A stretch of DNA of 56,045 bases from IMG/VR virus record IMGVR_UViG_3300027691_000002, positions 1 through 56,045 of that record. One strand, 5' to 3'. Of this stretch, positions 35,874 to 45,673 are shown one piece after another. Source of the stretch: a virus. Taxonomy: Duplodnaviria > Caudoviricetes. Both the position numbers and the translations under genes were made by a program. Each line of letters begins with the position of its first letter. The stretch's first letter is position 1. The notes under the pieces were generated by a model that did no database searches, was not told the DNA's origin, and saw only the letters and a list, made by a program, of their open reading frames with translations.

Positions 35874-36099
35874 ACTCCTCCTTAATCATGATTAGCTTCA
35901 GTGCATCTCCTGTGTACTCACACACTCTACAGTTGAATGCGTCATTATCATAAGAGATAGAAGCAGAAGGACGTGACTCACCATGGAAGGGACACAGCAT
36001 CTTGTTCCACTCGTTCTTGTTGTCTACCATGTCCCAACCATCGGCGAACCACTCACACAACAGCTTGTAAATCAGAGAGTCTTCGGGCGCAGTTCCCAC
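35704..36099 (-). CDS. DNA primase, zinc-binding (CHC2) part
   Basis: CPFHGESRPSASI..FNCRVC..GD. Confidence 0.85.
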   Translation of the reverse strand: MGTAPEDSLIYKLLCEWFADGWDMVDNKNEWNKMLCPFHGESRPSASISYDNDAFNCRVCEYTGDALKLIMIKEECGFQDSKRRAEDILGKSYERVSRKSSGKPRRRVFGKSGTANPRKPRGSFTFPDWIR

Positions 36100-36296
36100 T
36101 CGAAATCTGCCTCATTTCCGTAAACATCCCGAAGACTACACTTCAAGATGCCTACACCCTTGGAGACATAGACACTGTAGTAAGCATCGTAGTCCGTGTT
36201 GTCTGGTCCAGGCACCCCACCCAAGGGCCACTGGTGCTCAAACTCATCCTCGAACAGCTCGATCAGTTCCTCAGGATAGACTTCACGCTGCTTCAT
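36072..36296 (-). CDS. hypothetical acidic protein
   Basis: MKQREVYPEELIELFE..., fills the gap between endoVII and primase. Confidence 0.55.
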   Translation of the reverse strand: MKQREVYPEELIELFEDEFEHQWPLGGVPGPDNTDYDAYYSVYVSKGVGILKCSLRDVYGNEADFEWELRPKTL

Positions 36297-36801
36297 GCCA
36301 GGTACTTCCTTCCTGATACTCAGTGAGATAGACCATTCCGTTGTGCAACACTTCTTGATTGTCTCTGATGAATCCCAGGAACTTATTGCAAGGACCACAC
36401 AGGATGCCTCGCACACACTTGCCACAAGAGGTCTTGCCCTTGCAACACTTGTGATCGTGATCTACCTGTCTGCCCTTGCGGTACCTACAAATCCAACAGA
36501 GGCCCTCAAATCGATTGTAAAGCCTTAAGTACCTCTCGCCGGTAAGGTTATACTGCTTGGCTACGTACGTCAGCCTACGGGTCAGTGAGAGGGCATTACG
36601 GCGATTTCTGTGACAGGTCGCGCACCTCGGACCGGGCGAACTCAGTTTTCTGGTACCACTCCCACAATCCTTGCAGCTGCTCTTCTGTGACGTATTCTGT
36701 TTTGACTTGGGGGAAGTAATTCCCGGCGTTTTCTGCTTGGACGACGAAGTTGATTCCCTGGTACTTTTTCGCGTACTTCTTGAGACCATGAGAGCATTCA
36801 C
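36283..36801 (-). CDS. endonuclease VII (Holliday junction resolvase-like)
   Basis: CKDC..PGPRCATCH, CWIC, VDHDH, VRGILCGPCN (L5 gp59-like). Confidence 0.85.
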   Translation of the reverse strand: MNALMVSRSTRKSTRESTSSSKQKTPGITSPKSKQNTSQKSSCKDCGSGTRKLSSPGPRCATCHRNRRNALSLTRRLTYVAKQYNLTGERYLRLYNRFEGLCWICRYRKGRQVDHDHKCCKGKTSCGKCVRGILCGPCNKFLGFIRDNQEVLHNGMVYLTEYQEGSTWHEAA

Positions 36802-36887
36802 TCACAGTCGTAGTAGGAGTCTCCGGGGTAGTCAAGGTAGTCGTCCTCCTCATACTCTGGGTACCACTCGTCATAATCGTAACTCAC
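36798..36887 (-). CDS. 29-aa Asp/Glu/Tyr-rich microprotein
   Basis: GTG 7 nt after GGAGG; MSYDYDEWYPEYEEDDYLDYPGDSYYDCE*. Confidence 0.55.
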   Translation of the reverse strand: MSYDYDEWYPEYEEDDYLDYPGDSYYDCE

Positions 36888-36936
36888 CTGACACCTCCAA
36901 CGGTGTCAGTCCACTGTTCAACTTCGTTGAATAGGT

Positions 36937-37299
36937 TCATTGTGCATCCCTACCCTTCATCACCTGTAGCATGTCAGACACTACGTCATGCCCAACCCAC
37001 AAGTGTTCTGCTGATTCAACCTCATGGAACTCGCCATACTTGGCAGCCATCTTATCGACAAATGCGAAGACGCTTTCCTTGCCGGTGAACTCAGGCACCT
37101 TGACTTCATCCAACCAAGGGAATTGACGGAGAAGTTCAGGCTCCATGATTGGACCAGCCAACAAGAGCTGGTGTGTGAATAGATCATCCTGAGTCATGTG
37201 GTTCAAGAACACGTACACCGCATCAAATCCTGACTTTGACAACAGGATGTGGGTGTACACGCTCAGCAAATCTTCGATGTGGAACGACTTAACCGCCAC
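36937..37299 (-). CDS. hypothetical protein
   Basis: AAGGAG RBS; FLNHMT.DDLFTHQL. Confidence 0.65.
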   Translation of the reverse strand: MAVKSFHIEDLLSVYTHILLSKSGFDAVYVFLNHMTQDDLFTHQLLLAGPIMEPELLRQFPWLDEVKVPEFTGKESVFAFVDKMAAKYGEFHEVESAEHLWVGHDVVSDMLQVMKGRDAQ

Positions 37300-37308
37300 T
37301 TGATCTCC

Positions 37309-37884
37309 TTAGTCTAGAAGTTCCTCAGCAACAGTCAGTCGCCAGACACGTGCATACTTACCCGCAAAGTTCTTGAGGCCATCCCACGTATAGGACTTCT
37401 GACCTTCGGAGTTAGTGCCAGTCAAGTACCACAGACCGTTAGCCTTCACCGCGAGGTAGACATACTTCTGACCGCCCTGAGTGTAAGTCTTCTCGATCTT
37501 GAACATGCCACCATTGGCAGGTTCCTTACCCCACTTGCCATGCTCAAGCTTCTCAATGCGCTTTTCGAGCGCCTTGGCCTGGTCCTTCAGTAACTGAAGT
37601 TCTGCTACCTTGTCCACTTTCTTTTCGACCTCCCATGTAATAGGTAACGCATATGAAATGCAGATTTTTTCAAGCTTGTCTAGGTCTGTGCAGTCATCAA
37701 TCATTGCGCAACAGATTGCAGTGTTGATTCCGTTAGGCCCAAACCTAGTTCGTGCGTTCTGCCTTGCTCGTTCCCTGTGATCCTCCAGGGTAGCCTTACG
37801 AGTGCGCTCCTTACGCCATTGTAAGGTCACGTTATTGCTGTCCAACATGTCAAAGGGTACTGCGTGATCTATCCAAGCACTCAT
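37309..37884 (-). CDS. hypothetical protein (possible internal second start)
   Basis: ATGA-coupled to the helicase; internal GGGAGG before GTG GAC AAG. Confidence 0.55.
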   Translation of the reverse strand: MSAWIDHAVPFDMLDSNNVTLQWRKERTRKATLEDHRERARQNARTRFGPNGINTAICCAMIDDCTDLDKLEKICISYALPITWEVEKKVDKVAELQLLKDQAKALEKRIEKLEHGKWGKEPANGGMFKIEKTYTQGGQKYVYLAVKANGLWYLTGTNSEGQKSYTWDGLKNFAGKYARVWRLTVAEELLD

Positions 37885-38762
37885 GCAAACACTTCCTCTT
37901 GATACCTTCGGTCATCCTCCTGTGGTTCCCATTCAATGTTGACCTGTTGTGGCTCATGGTAGGTCACATCGATTACCTTCATGGTGTCACCCACAAACTC
38001 AAGTTCAGCAAAGGTATTGCCTGTAGGATCGGCCTTACCTCCACGATTCTTGACAGGAGACACACGCATGATCCACCTACCATCTTCCAACGGCTTCTTG
38101 TGCAGAGTCAGTACCATCTCAGGAACACGAGTGATCTGACCCTTAACGCCGTTGAGTGGGATAGGCTTGTCACCATTGTTGTACTCACCTGTCACGTGGT
38201 GAAGGCCAATGACACATGCACCCGTAACTCTAGCCATCGAGTGGAGGTAATCCATCAATGCCTCAAGACCAGAGAAAGGATCACCTGCATCCTGCGCATC
38301 GGTTACCACGTTGGTGATATTGTCTACCACAATCAATGCAGGGAATTCATTGGTCAGCTCGTAGTAGGCTGCAATGATTTCTTCCATGTCGTTGGGTGTA
38401 GGCGATGAATCGTAGTCAATGAGAAGAGGTACCCTTCTCAATTCGTCCCGTACTTCTTCTGTGATCCTATCTTCTAGAATCATCTCTGCTGCTGTCTGCA
38501 CCTTCATGTCACACAATATGGCAATAGACCTAGACAGCTGAGTAAATGCATCTGAGTCTGCACTGAACATCAAGGAGGGAACCATAGCCTCAAGCACCAA
38601 GGTAAGAATCTTTGCTGACTTACCAATGCCAGGCCCCGCCGCAACCAGGATCAGCTGACCACGACGGGGAGTAATCCCTAGCTCGTCAAATGCTTTCCAT
38701 GGTGTTGGAATAGGATCTCCTGCGTACCCCCTGATGCCAGACGACTGATTAAGATTCCACAA
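37881..38762 (-). CDS. DnaB / RecA-like helicase (L5 gp65-like)
   Basis: AAGPGIGKS Walker A, FSADSD, IVVDN Walker B, LHH, VKNRGG. Confidence 0.88.
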   Translation of the reverse strand: MWNLNQSSGIRGYAGDPIPTPWKAFDELGITPRRGQLILVAAGPGIGKSAKILTLVLEAMVPSLMFSADSDAFTQLSRSIAILCDMKVQTAAEMILEDRITEEVRDELRRVPLLIDYDSSPTPNDMEEIIAAYYELTNEFPALIVVDNITNVVTDAQDAGDPFSGLEALMDYLHSMARVTGACVIGLHHVTGEYNNGDKPIPLNGVKGQITRVPEMVLTLHKKPLEDGRWIMRVSPVKNRGGKADPTGNTFAELEFVGDTMKVIDVTYHEPQQVNIEWEPQEDDRRYQEEVFA

Positions 38763-39044
38763 TCACTCGTCCTCCTTGTCAGCAATGGCAAACAGCTCAG
38801 TAAGGATTCCACCAAGACTGTCAGAGAACCCATAGGGACCATCATAAGTCCTATACACCCTACGCTCACCAAGCCCATCAACGTAGGTGATGTTAGTCCA
38901 GATTTCAGGGCCTCCATAGCAAGAGGGGCACCCTCCCTGAGGGTCATTGTACTCGAACTCTACATCAATAATCTTAACTCCCTCACTGAAATCAGGGAGC
39001 CTGGTCTCAGCCCACTTGAAAAGAACCTTCTTGTACTCGCTCAA
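38763..39044 (-). CDS. hypothetical protein (GGCPSC motif)
   Basis: abuts helicase; AAGGAG RBS. Confidence 0.6.
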   Translation of the reverse strand: MSEYKKVLFKWAETRLPDFSEGVKIIDVEFEYNDPQGGCPSCYGGPEIWTNITYVDGLGERRVYRTYDGPYGFSDSLGGILTELFAIADKEDE

Positions 39045-39483
39045 GTCAACTCCTTCAACTTCTTGTCAATCTGAACAATGACATCACCCAGTGCAGCTTT
39101 CACATCGTCATTAGTAAAGCATGACTGATCGATGGCCACGTAGTTACGCAAGTCCAGAAACATGTTCACAACATCTTCTTTAAGAAGTGCTCCAGTAATC
39201 ATCAGAAGGTCTCCTTCAACCAGTCACCAAGTTCGCTCAACATGATGAGTCCTGCTCCTAGTGCCTCATAGGTGTAGTAGAGAGTCGAGATAATCCCAAT
39301 AATCATGAAGACCATTCGAACCTTAGGGTAACTCACTAATCCTCCCGAGTATCTACGCCGAAGTATTCAATCCCTTGCACCCCACCAGAATCCCTCTCGA
39401 AGGTTCGGGCGTCCTTGTCTTCATCCAAGTTTCCTGTGAGGGTGGGAAATTCCTCATCATCACCATTGGACTTAAGTCTGTGC

Positions 39484-39759
39484 TTACCCATTCAGCGTCA
39501 CGATTCCTTCCATGTGATACAGCCGAATGGTGTTGGTCAGCTCGTTGGTCACCCTGGAATACCCATGACGAGACAAGGCATCGAAAATGCCACTACTAAC
39601 ATCACGCCACGGTCCATCGCCCACAACCTTAGACCCCAGCACGGCTGCGATAAAGGAAGCCTCTGAGTCAGTCAGCTCAAGGGTAATACCATCACGCTCA
39701 GTGTAGGATTCCTGAACTGTGCGAGTCTTCTGAACCATACGTTCCTGTGCGTTTGCCAT
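39484..39759 (-). CDS. hypothetical protein
   Basis: AAGGAG RBS. Confidence 0.6.
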   Translation of the reverse strand: MANAQERMVQKTRTVQESYTERDGITLELTDSEASFIAAVLGSKVVGDGPWRDVSSGIFDALSRHGYSRVTNELTNTIRLYHMEGIVTLNG

Positions 39760-39917
39760 TACTTATTTTTCTCCTTCACGTAGGTGTTTGCATGTGAAAA
39801 CTTCGGTACGTTCTGACCAGCAATTAGTGCAGATCCAGTGAATGAAGTCAACCGTACGACAGGTGGGACACACCGTCTTACTTGCTCGCATGTCCCACCC
39901 ACATTCGGGGCACCTCA

Positions 39918-40211
39918 TTACTTACCTTCGACACTGTCTCCATTGTCGCCCAGATGTCCAGGGAGTTCCTTGGTCGGCTTACCCTGCTCAGTACAACCCC
40001 ATGAGAAGAAGGCAACGTACTCGTCATCGCCCTGCCACTTCTCAATGTAAATCAGAGTCGTGCCGTCGCAGAACCACCACAGATCCTGGGTACCCTTGAC
40101 CTTGGTTGCTCCAACTTCCTTGACGTCTACTTCCTTGCCACACGCAGTAAGGCTAAGAGCCGCAATGGCCACCAGCACTGCACCAATAATACGATTCTTC
40201 ACTCGTGCCAC
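39918..40211 (-). CDS. lipoprotein
   Basis: signal peptide with LTAC lipobox. Confidence 0.7.
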   Translation of the reverse strand: MARVKNRIIGAVLVAIAALSLTACGKEVDVKEVGATKVKGTQDLWWFCDGTTLIYIEKWQGDDEYVAFFSWGCTEQGKPTKELPGHLGDNGDSVEGK

Positions 40212-40372
40212 TCTCCTTCAACTCGCTTGTTCATGATGTCGGTGATGTTGTCGATGCGCTCTTCATCATTCATACGAACACGCCGACCATTCCCATCACC
40301 AACCCACTTGTCTTCCTCGGTGTCCTTGATCTTGAAGGTGTCGTCAACCTTCTCCTTCTTAAACCTTGCCAT

Positions 40373-41329
40373 TTAGAAGTCTCCTTCTGCTACTTGCAGC
40401 GTCAGCAATCCCATTGAGCGCCACATCTCAACCACTCGGTTACGGTCATCAAGCACGTACTGAATATTGTAGTTGTCTCGGATGTACTTGTTGAAGATGT
40501 CTGCCTTCACAACCGTGTCGTCAACACGATCAATCTGACGAGTGTATAGATGTTCAATCGGAACCTTGACATTGTTGTACAACCACTCTTCAGTATCCTT
40601 GTAGCATTCAGACCCTTCTGGTGCAAGCCTTCCGGACACAAAGATAATCTTGTAGCAGTTCACATAGGCTGCTTCTTGCACCAGCTTGATGACCTGATGC
40701 TTTGGCCTGTCAAGGCGGACCCTGGAATAATCGTATGGAGACCTGATGTCCTTGCAGTCTGCCACGGTTCCATCAATGTCAACAATGATAGCCTTGGGCT
40801 TTGTCAAGTCTGGGACATAAAGTTCATACGATACAGGAGTCTGAAAAGCTTCAGCTGGGTACAGCTTATAAGGCTTCCAGGTGTCTGCTTTCAGTTCGTT
40901 CTTGAACTTCTTGGCGAGATCACGGATAACCTTTTCTCCAACTGACCTCTCACCACGATTCCCACGATCATAGTCGCGGTAGAAGCACTCATCTTCATCA
41001 ACCTGAGTGCAGTCAATGATGTTGAACTCTGCACCCAAGTCACGTGCGATCTCTGCCCACTGCTTTCGATACTTAGGCCTCAAGTTCATGTCATGAACCA
41101 CAACATGCTTGCCAGCCTTCAGGCCACTCTTGACGATGTCCTTCTGAACCTTGGTAATGTGGTTTTCCTTCGGTGAAGAACAGATACCTTCCTCGTTGTA
41201 GAGAAGTTCCCGAAGACCATCCCGAGACGCAAGAACAACACCCTCAGGATCAGCATCCTTGATCTTAATTGCTTCAGTGGTCTTGCCAGATCCAGGAAGG
41301 CCTACTGTAATGCTCAGTTTTCCGGGCAC
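40373..41329 (-). CDS. pseT: polynucleotide 5'-kinase / 3'-phosphatase (T4 Pnkp-like)
   Basis: GLPGSGKTT P-loop, SRDGLR, HAD DIDGT, FVSGR, LDDR. Confidence 0.92.
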   Translation of the reverse strand: MPGKLSITVGLPGSGKTTEAIKIKDADPEGVVLASRDGLRELLYNEEGICSSPKENHITKVQKDIVKSGLKAGKHVVVHDMNLRPKYRKQWAEIARDLGAEFNIIDCTQVDEDECFYRDYDRGNRGERSVGEKVIRDLAKKFKNELKADTWKPYKLYPAEAFQTPVSYELYVPDLTKPKAIIVDIDGTVADCKDIRSPYDYSRVRLDRPKHQVIKLVQEAAYVNCYKIIFVSGRLAPEGSECYKDTEEWLYNNVKVPIEHLYTRQIDRVDDTVVKADIFNKYIRDNYNIQYVLDDRNRVVEMWRSMGLLTLQVAEGDF

Positions 41330-41523
41330 TTGACCTCCTCAATCCTACCCGTAGACCCTGCTAGGGACTGCATGAGCTGTTCAACAGTCTCGTCCGGCCA
41401 CGGGACATCAGAGTGATCGCTGTACTCACCAGATGGGAGCTGCATACGAACAGAGGTGCCATCCCACTTATAAAGGTCACCCCCAGGCTCTGAGAGTGTA
41501 TCGAAAAGTCGAAAATAACGCAT
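41314..41523 (-). CDS. hypothetical protein
   Basis: coupled ORF with RBS. Confidence 0.55.
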   Translation of the reverse strand: MRYFRLFDTLSEPGGDLYKWDGTSVRMQLPSGEYSDHSDVPWPDETVEQLMQSLAGSTGRIEEVKCPEN

Positions 41524-41580
41524 TACCCTATCCTCTCCTTCTAAAAGTTCCAGAAACTACAACAGTCCACTTAGGACTGA

Positions 41581-41967
41581 TTAATCTTCATCTTCCGAGC
41601 CATCATGAATCCACTCCTCGTAAGGGAGATTTTCCAGAACCTTTCCATCCTCCCACAACTGGATGACCTGGTCCATACGCTTGATAGCAATCTCATTGTC
41701 CATGCAGAAGAAGAGGTATTCGTATTCTTCCGGGGACAAGGATAGCTCATCCTGCGCAACCGACGAAGGAGAAACATCGTCACCATACTGATCAACAAAG
41801 TAGTCACCCCAGTCGATTGAATGCGCCACCTTCGCCTTACCCGACATCACCGCTGCATGACCCGCAATACACATCCGGGTTCCACACACCCACGTCTTCT
41901 GGTTGTGCTTATCAGGATTCATGACGATATTGTCACGGACTTCCTTCAAAAGCTTGATGTTACCCAT
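41581..41967 (-). CDS. hypothetical protein, CGTxMCxAGHA family (paralog 1)
   Basis: NIKLLKEV..I..NP..Q..W.CGTRMCIAGHAAV. Confidence 0.7.
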   Translation of the reverse strand: MGNIKLLKEVRDNIVMNPDKHNQKTWVCGTRMCIAGHAAVMSGKAKVAHSIDWGDYFVDQYGDDVSPSSVAQDELSLSPEEYEYLFFCMDNEIAIKRMDQVIQLWEDGKVLENLPYEEWIHDGSEDED

Positions 41968-41983
41968 TGATTATCCCCTATCC

Positions 41984-42436
41984 TCAGTAACCATCACAGT
42001 CATAGCAGCAGTAAGAAGCACCGCGCTCAGGCACATCCAATTCGCCCGTCTCGACAAGTTCGTTAACCGCATAACGAATCTCATCAAGACTGCGATCACC
42101 ATCAAACAGGTAATCAGCCTCTTCCCACCTAATACCAAGCGCTTCAGTTGCGAAGGTACGGACCGAAATAGCATTGGCGTCACCATACAGGGCATCGTAC
42201 TGCATGTAGTTCAAATACGACTTGTTCTCGTCTTCCATGATGTACCAGTCATTGATGTTGTGCTTCTTGGGGTCAGGAACCTCAGCCCCTGCAAGAACAG
42301 CAGCATGTCCAGCAAAGCACATTGCGGTGCCACAAACGTTGTTGGAGTCCTTACGAACCCAGTTTGACTGGTCGTAATTCTGAGGATTCTTCTCAATAAT
42401 CTCAAGGGTCTCCTTGAGCAACTCCACATTAACCAT
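41984..42436 (-). CDS. hypothetical protein, CGTxMCxAGHA family (paralog 2)
   Basis: NVELLKET..I..NP..Q..W..CGTAMCFAGHAAV. Confidence 0.7.
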   Translation of the reverse strand: MVNVELLKETLEIIEKNPQNYDQSNWVRKDSNNVCGTAMCFAGHAAVLAGAEVPDPKKHNINDWYIMEDENKSYLNYMQYDALYGDANAISVRTFATEALGIRWEEADYLFDGDRSLDEIRYAVNELVETGELDVPERGASYCCYDCDGY

Positions 42437-42665
42437 TTTCTGTCTCCTTCTCTGCTCGCTCGATTTCTTGAATGATGTTTTCTAGCCACTCTTCACACTC
42501 AGCCTGAGATTTACCGGATAGCCTCATGGCAATCATCCTCTGGGCTACATTCTTACCAAGACTTCCGCGACCAGACAGGCCCTTCTTCAGGTCTATCCTT
42601 TGCTTTCCACCCTGCAAGTAAAAGTGCGTCTTTCCAGACTTGCTCAAGGCCTCACAGCCTTCCAT
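42429..42665 (-). CDS. hypothetical protein
   Basis: overlaps flanking genes in operon. Confidence 0.5.
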   Translation of the reverse strand: MEGCEALSKSGKTHFYLQGGKQRIDLKKGLSGRGSLGKNVAQRMIAMRLSGKSQAECEEWLENIIQEIERAEKETENG

Positions 42666-43690
42666 ACAATCTGGTCAGCCCTATCGAACTGGCCATCAAG
42701 CATACAGAACAGGGCTCCCTTATCAACCGCAGGATACCCAGCAATCCTTTCTGCAAAGTCCTTTCGATCAACAGCATGCTTCGAGTGATAAAGAAACGCG
42801 TTGCCGATGCGGTTGGTTAGGTCGAAGAATTCATCAGTGATTTTGTCAATGATTTCGTTGGCCCAGTTGTGCATCTCCTCAGGGAGTTCTGCAACAATCT
42901 CGGTTTGATGCTTCCCCTCAGACAGCCACTCCCACAACTGCCTTTCATTCAGACCAGTCATGACCTTGTGAAGTTCGAGGTAGTCTTCCTGCTTCATCTT
43001 GAGCCTGTCTCCGGTGTCGTCATTGAGAAGCACAAAGCCCTCTGCGTTAGGACGATTCAGGTCAAGTTCAAGCTGATAGAAAGGACCACTGTCAAGGAAG
43101 TGATTCTTGGGGATTCCGTAGTGTCCGATCAGCAGACCATTCCAGTAGTTATCACCAGAATGGACAACCACAGACCCCAAGTACCTCAGCTCGTCGATCT
43201 CGCCGTAGTCCAGGACGATACGATTCTCGGGGTAGATGATCTCGAACAGGTCGGTGCAGTAGTCGTCGGTCTGGTACAGGCCGTAATTGGCCCTGAGAAG
43301 CTCTGTGGCGTGCTGAGCTTGCTCTGAGGTGAAACTACCCTTGGTGGCTATTGCAGGGCCTTCAGGCGTCTCGTAGGCGATCCCAAGCGATCCATCCACC
43401 TTGTCGTACACAGTAACCCAGTCAAACGGGCTGAACATGGCTGCGTTGGGTTCACCATAGTTGAAAAACTTCTTAAACGGCCGTGCCAGAACTTCACCAG
43501 TCTCTTCATTGATGATCAGACCCCTACAGGTCATGGTGGAGTTGTTCCATACACGGTCAAACATGGCTTTCTTGGTGTAGCAGTAGATTGCATAAGGATA
43601 ATCCGGATGATGCCTTACCTGGATATATCCCTCATCAAGCATTGTAGCCAACTCAGATGGGTCAAGAACATCATCCAAGTAAGTTATCAC
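42644..43690 (-). CDS. RNA ligase 1 (T4 Rnl1-like)
   Basis: CRGLI, ARPFKKFFN, DKVDGSLG (motif I), ATKGSF.SEQ, FEII.PENRIV, EGFV, KMKQ.DY. Confidence 0.92.
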   Translation of the reverse strand: MITYLDDVLDPSELATMLDEGYIQVRHHPDYPYAIYCYTKKAMFDRVWNNSTMTCRGLIINEETGEVLARPFKKFFNYGEPNAAMFSPFDWVTVYDKVDGSLGIAYETPEGPAIATKGSFTSEQAQHATELLRANYGLYQTDDYCTDLFEIIYPENRIVLDYGEIDELRYLGSVVVHSGDNYWNGLLIGHYGIPKNHFLDSGPFYQLELDLNRPNAEGFVLLNDDTGDRLKMKQEDYLELHKVMTGLNERQLWEWLSEGKHQTEIVAELPEEMHNWANEIIDKITDEFFDLTNRIGNAFLYHSKHAVDRKDFAERIAGYPAVDKGALFCMLDGQFDRADQIVWKAVRP

Positions 43691-43792
43691 ATCTCCTCCT
43701 TAGTTAGTCCTCATCTTCTTGAACCTTTGAGGCTGCCCAGAAGGGCAGATAAAGAATAAATATTGCAAAGATAATCCACAGAATTCCCATGA

Positions 43793-44065
43793 CTAGTCCC
43801 AGTGTTTCACTGCGTAGTAGATTGGAACTCCGACAATGCCCAAAGGCCAGAACCAAACGGAACCATCATCACTCTCCCATCCCTCAGAGCCATCAGTACA
43901 CCTATCGTCATCAATCCTCTCCTCGGTCTTGGGGTTGATGCACACACCAATTTCATCCGCCTCATCAGGCGAGACAGCACACCCAGCCAGCACAAGTGCC
44001 AATGCGGACACAAGGCCGACTGAGTGCACCATCTTTCCTTGCTTTGTCATATCAGCTCCTGGCAA
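43793..44065 (-). CDS. lipoprotein with C-terminal TM segment
   Basis: LAGC lipobox; WFWPLGIVGVPIYY. Confidence 0.6.
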   Translation of the reverse strand: MPGADMTKQGKMVHSVGLVSALALVLAGCAVSPDEADEIGVCINPKTEERIDDDRCTDGSEGWESDDGSVWFWPLGIVGVPIYYAVKHWD

Positions 44066-44176
44066 TCAGGTGAATGAGTTCCCACAAGCCCCACAAAACG
44101 AGGAACCAGAAACCAAAGAAGATGAAGAGAACAAGGCACCCAACTAGACCAGTCACAGCCTCTTCAGTGTCCACTG

Positions 44177-44467
44177 TTAAACCTCCTGATAAGTCTTTTC
44201 GAAGATGGATTCCTTGACAAACCAGAACTCATCTTCCACACCCTTACACACCCATGCCCCAGGAGGGGCATACATGATGCCTTCCAGAGTGGGAATCTCC
44301 AAGTGAGGCTGGCCAACATAATCCCTGTCATTCGCATAGACAGTCTTGATCCTGATGATGACGTTATAAGCCTCAGCCCACTCAATGATCTCCTGAATAC
44401 GCTCAGGGGTGTCAATGAACTGAAGTGCCTGGACAGTTCCCTGCTTACGGAATGTCTTCACTCCCAT
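44177..44467 (-). CDS. conserved phage protein (PGDYG-like)
   Basis: FRK..VQALQF...IPTLEG.M.A.PG.W..KG..EF....IFEKTY. Confidence 0.7.
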   Translation of the reverse strand: MGVKTFRKQGTVQALQFIDTPERIQEIIEWAEAYNVIIRIKTVYANDRDYVGQPHLEIPTLEGIMYAPPGAWVCKGVEDEFWFVKESIFEKTYQEV

Positions 44468-44802
44468 ACCGTGACCACCTTGGCTACCGGATTAACCTCA
44501 GTGAGTTCCCCGTCCAATTCGCCGCCGCTGTAAGACTGATACCAACCGTCCTTGCGGAAGTATCGAGTAACATCACCCTCCATAAGGGAGAACACGACCC
44601 AGTACTCATCACCCTTACCTTCACCGCCATAATAATCGATCAGATTCAGTCGACCAAGACCAGCGACATCACACGGAACGCCATCTGCCCACTTAATCTC
44701 ATCCCAGGACGAGGGGCCATCTGCGTCCCCATTGTCGACCAGCTCGAAGAAATTCTCAAGCAAGTGCTCAATGGTAGACACCGAATAATCCTTAAGGCTC
44801 AC
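44458..44802 (-). CDS. hypothetical protein, G..SY family (paralog 1)
   Basis: GGEGKGDEYWVVF..YFRKDGWYQSYSG..EV.P..KVVTVWE. Confidence 0.7.
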   Translation of the reverse strand: MSLKDYSVSTIEHLLENFFELVDNGDADGPSSWDEIKWADGVPCDVAGLGRLNLIDYYGGEGKGDEYWVVFSLMEGDVTRYFRKDGWYQSYSGGELDGELTEVNPVAKVVTVWE

Positions 44803-44990
44803 TCGCCACCCCCAGAAGAGGGCCCAGAATCGTAGGAAGACCCACCAGACGAGTAGTCACTGCCGCTATCGGCGTCTGAACCGCTGACGTACTCGTTCAC
44901 GTAGTAAGGCTCGTAGTCCACAAAAGGAACACCATAGGCATCAACCCGAGTAACCGGACGATGCTTCTTAACCTGCTTGATACGGCCCAT
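44799..44990 (-). CDS. small protein with Ser/Gly/Asp-rich tail
   Basis: GTGA-coupled; SDADSGSDYSSGGSSYDSGPSSGGGE. Confidence 0.55.
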   Translation of the reverse strand: MGRIKQVKKHRPVTRVDAYGVPFVDYEPYYVNEYVSGSDADSGSDYSSGGSSYDSGPSSGGGE

Positions 44991-44991
44991 T

Positions 44992-45333
44992 TCAGCTCTC
45001 CTTCCATTCGTACTTGGTTACTAGAATCTCACCCTTGGTCACTTCACGGAACTTGCCATTCCAGTTACGGTTGGCGTAGGAATCGGTTTCTCCCAGTTTG
45101 CGGTAATACCTGCCATCCACCTCAAAGACGATAAAGCAAGTACCCTCATGGCCCTGCTCATGTGGAGAGTCGTAGTACCTCTCATGAGTCTCGTCTCCTT
45201 CGTCAAGGAACCGCTCAACAATGTGGATATTTCCCCGAGAGTTTGCAGCAGCCTTGTAGTATCCCTCACCCCACGCATCCCAGGACCCGTAAGAGAGAAT
45301 CAGGTCTTCAACCTCAATCGTGTGCTCATTCAA
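44992..45333 (-). CDS. hypothetical protein, G..SY family (paralog 2)
   Basis: FIVFEVDGRYYRKLGETDSYA..W.G..REV....VTKYE. Confidence 0.68.
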   Translation of the reverse strand: MNEHTIEVEDLILSYGSWDAWGEGYYKAAANSRGNIHIVERFLDEGDETHERYYDSPHEQGHEGTCFIVFEVDGRYYRKLGETDSYANRNWNGKFREVTKGEILVTKYEWKES

Positions 45334-45673
45334 AGTAAATCACTTCCCTCGTCTTCTTCTCGGCAGGCTTGACCTCGGAAGTCCACTCAGAGCCGTTGTA
45401 GGAGGACCAGCCTCCCTCAATCGCAAAGAATCCCACGCGAGTCTTCCACACAAACTTCATGGTCTGATATCCACCATCGTCATCATTGAAGGTCTTAAGG
45501 TAATCGTTATGAGCCACTTCAACTGACCCGAGACCTTCTACATCAACAACAGTACCAACCTGGAACTCTTCCCAAGTCCACATACTGCGCTTAAGAAGAA
45601 ACTGCCCAACCTCAGTTGGAGTCAGCTCTGCAAGTACCGAACCACATGCCTTACAGATATCCTTTGATCCCAT
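45326..45673 (-). CDS. hypothetical protein, G..SY family (paralog 3)
   Basis: FVWK...FFAIEGGWSSYNGSEW...KPAEKK.REVIYFE. Confidence 0.65.
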   Translation of the reverse strand: MGSKDICKACGSVLAELTPTEVGQFLLKRSMWTWEEFQVGTVVDVEGLGSVEVAHNDYLKTFNDDDGGYQTMKFVWKTRVGFFAIEGGWSSYNGSEWTSEVKPAEKKTREVIYFE

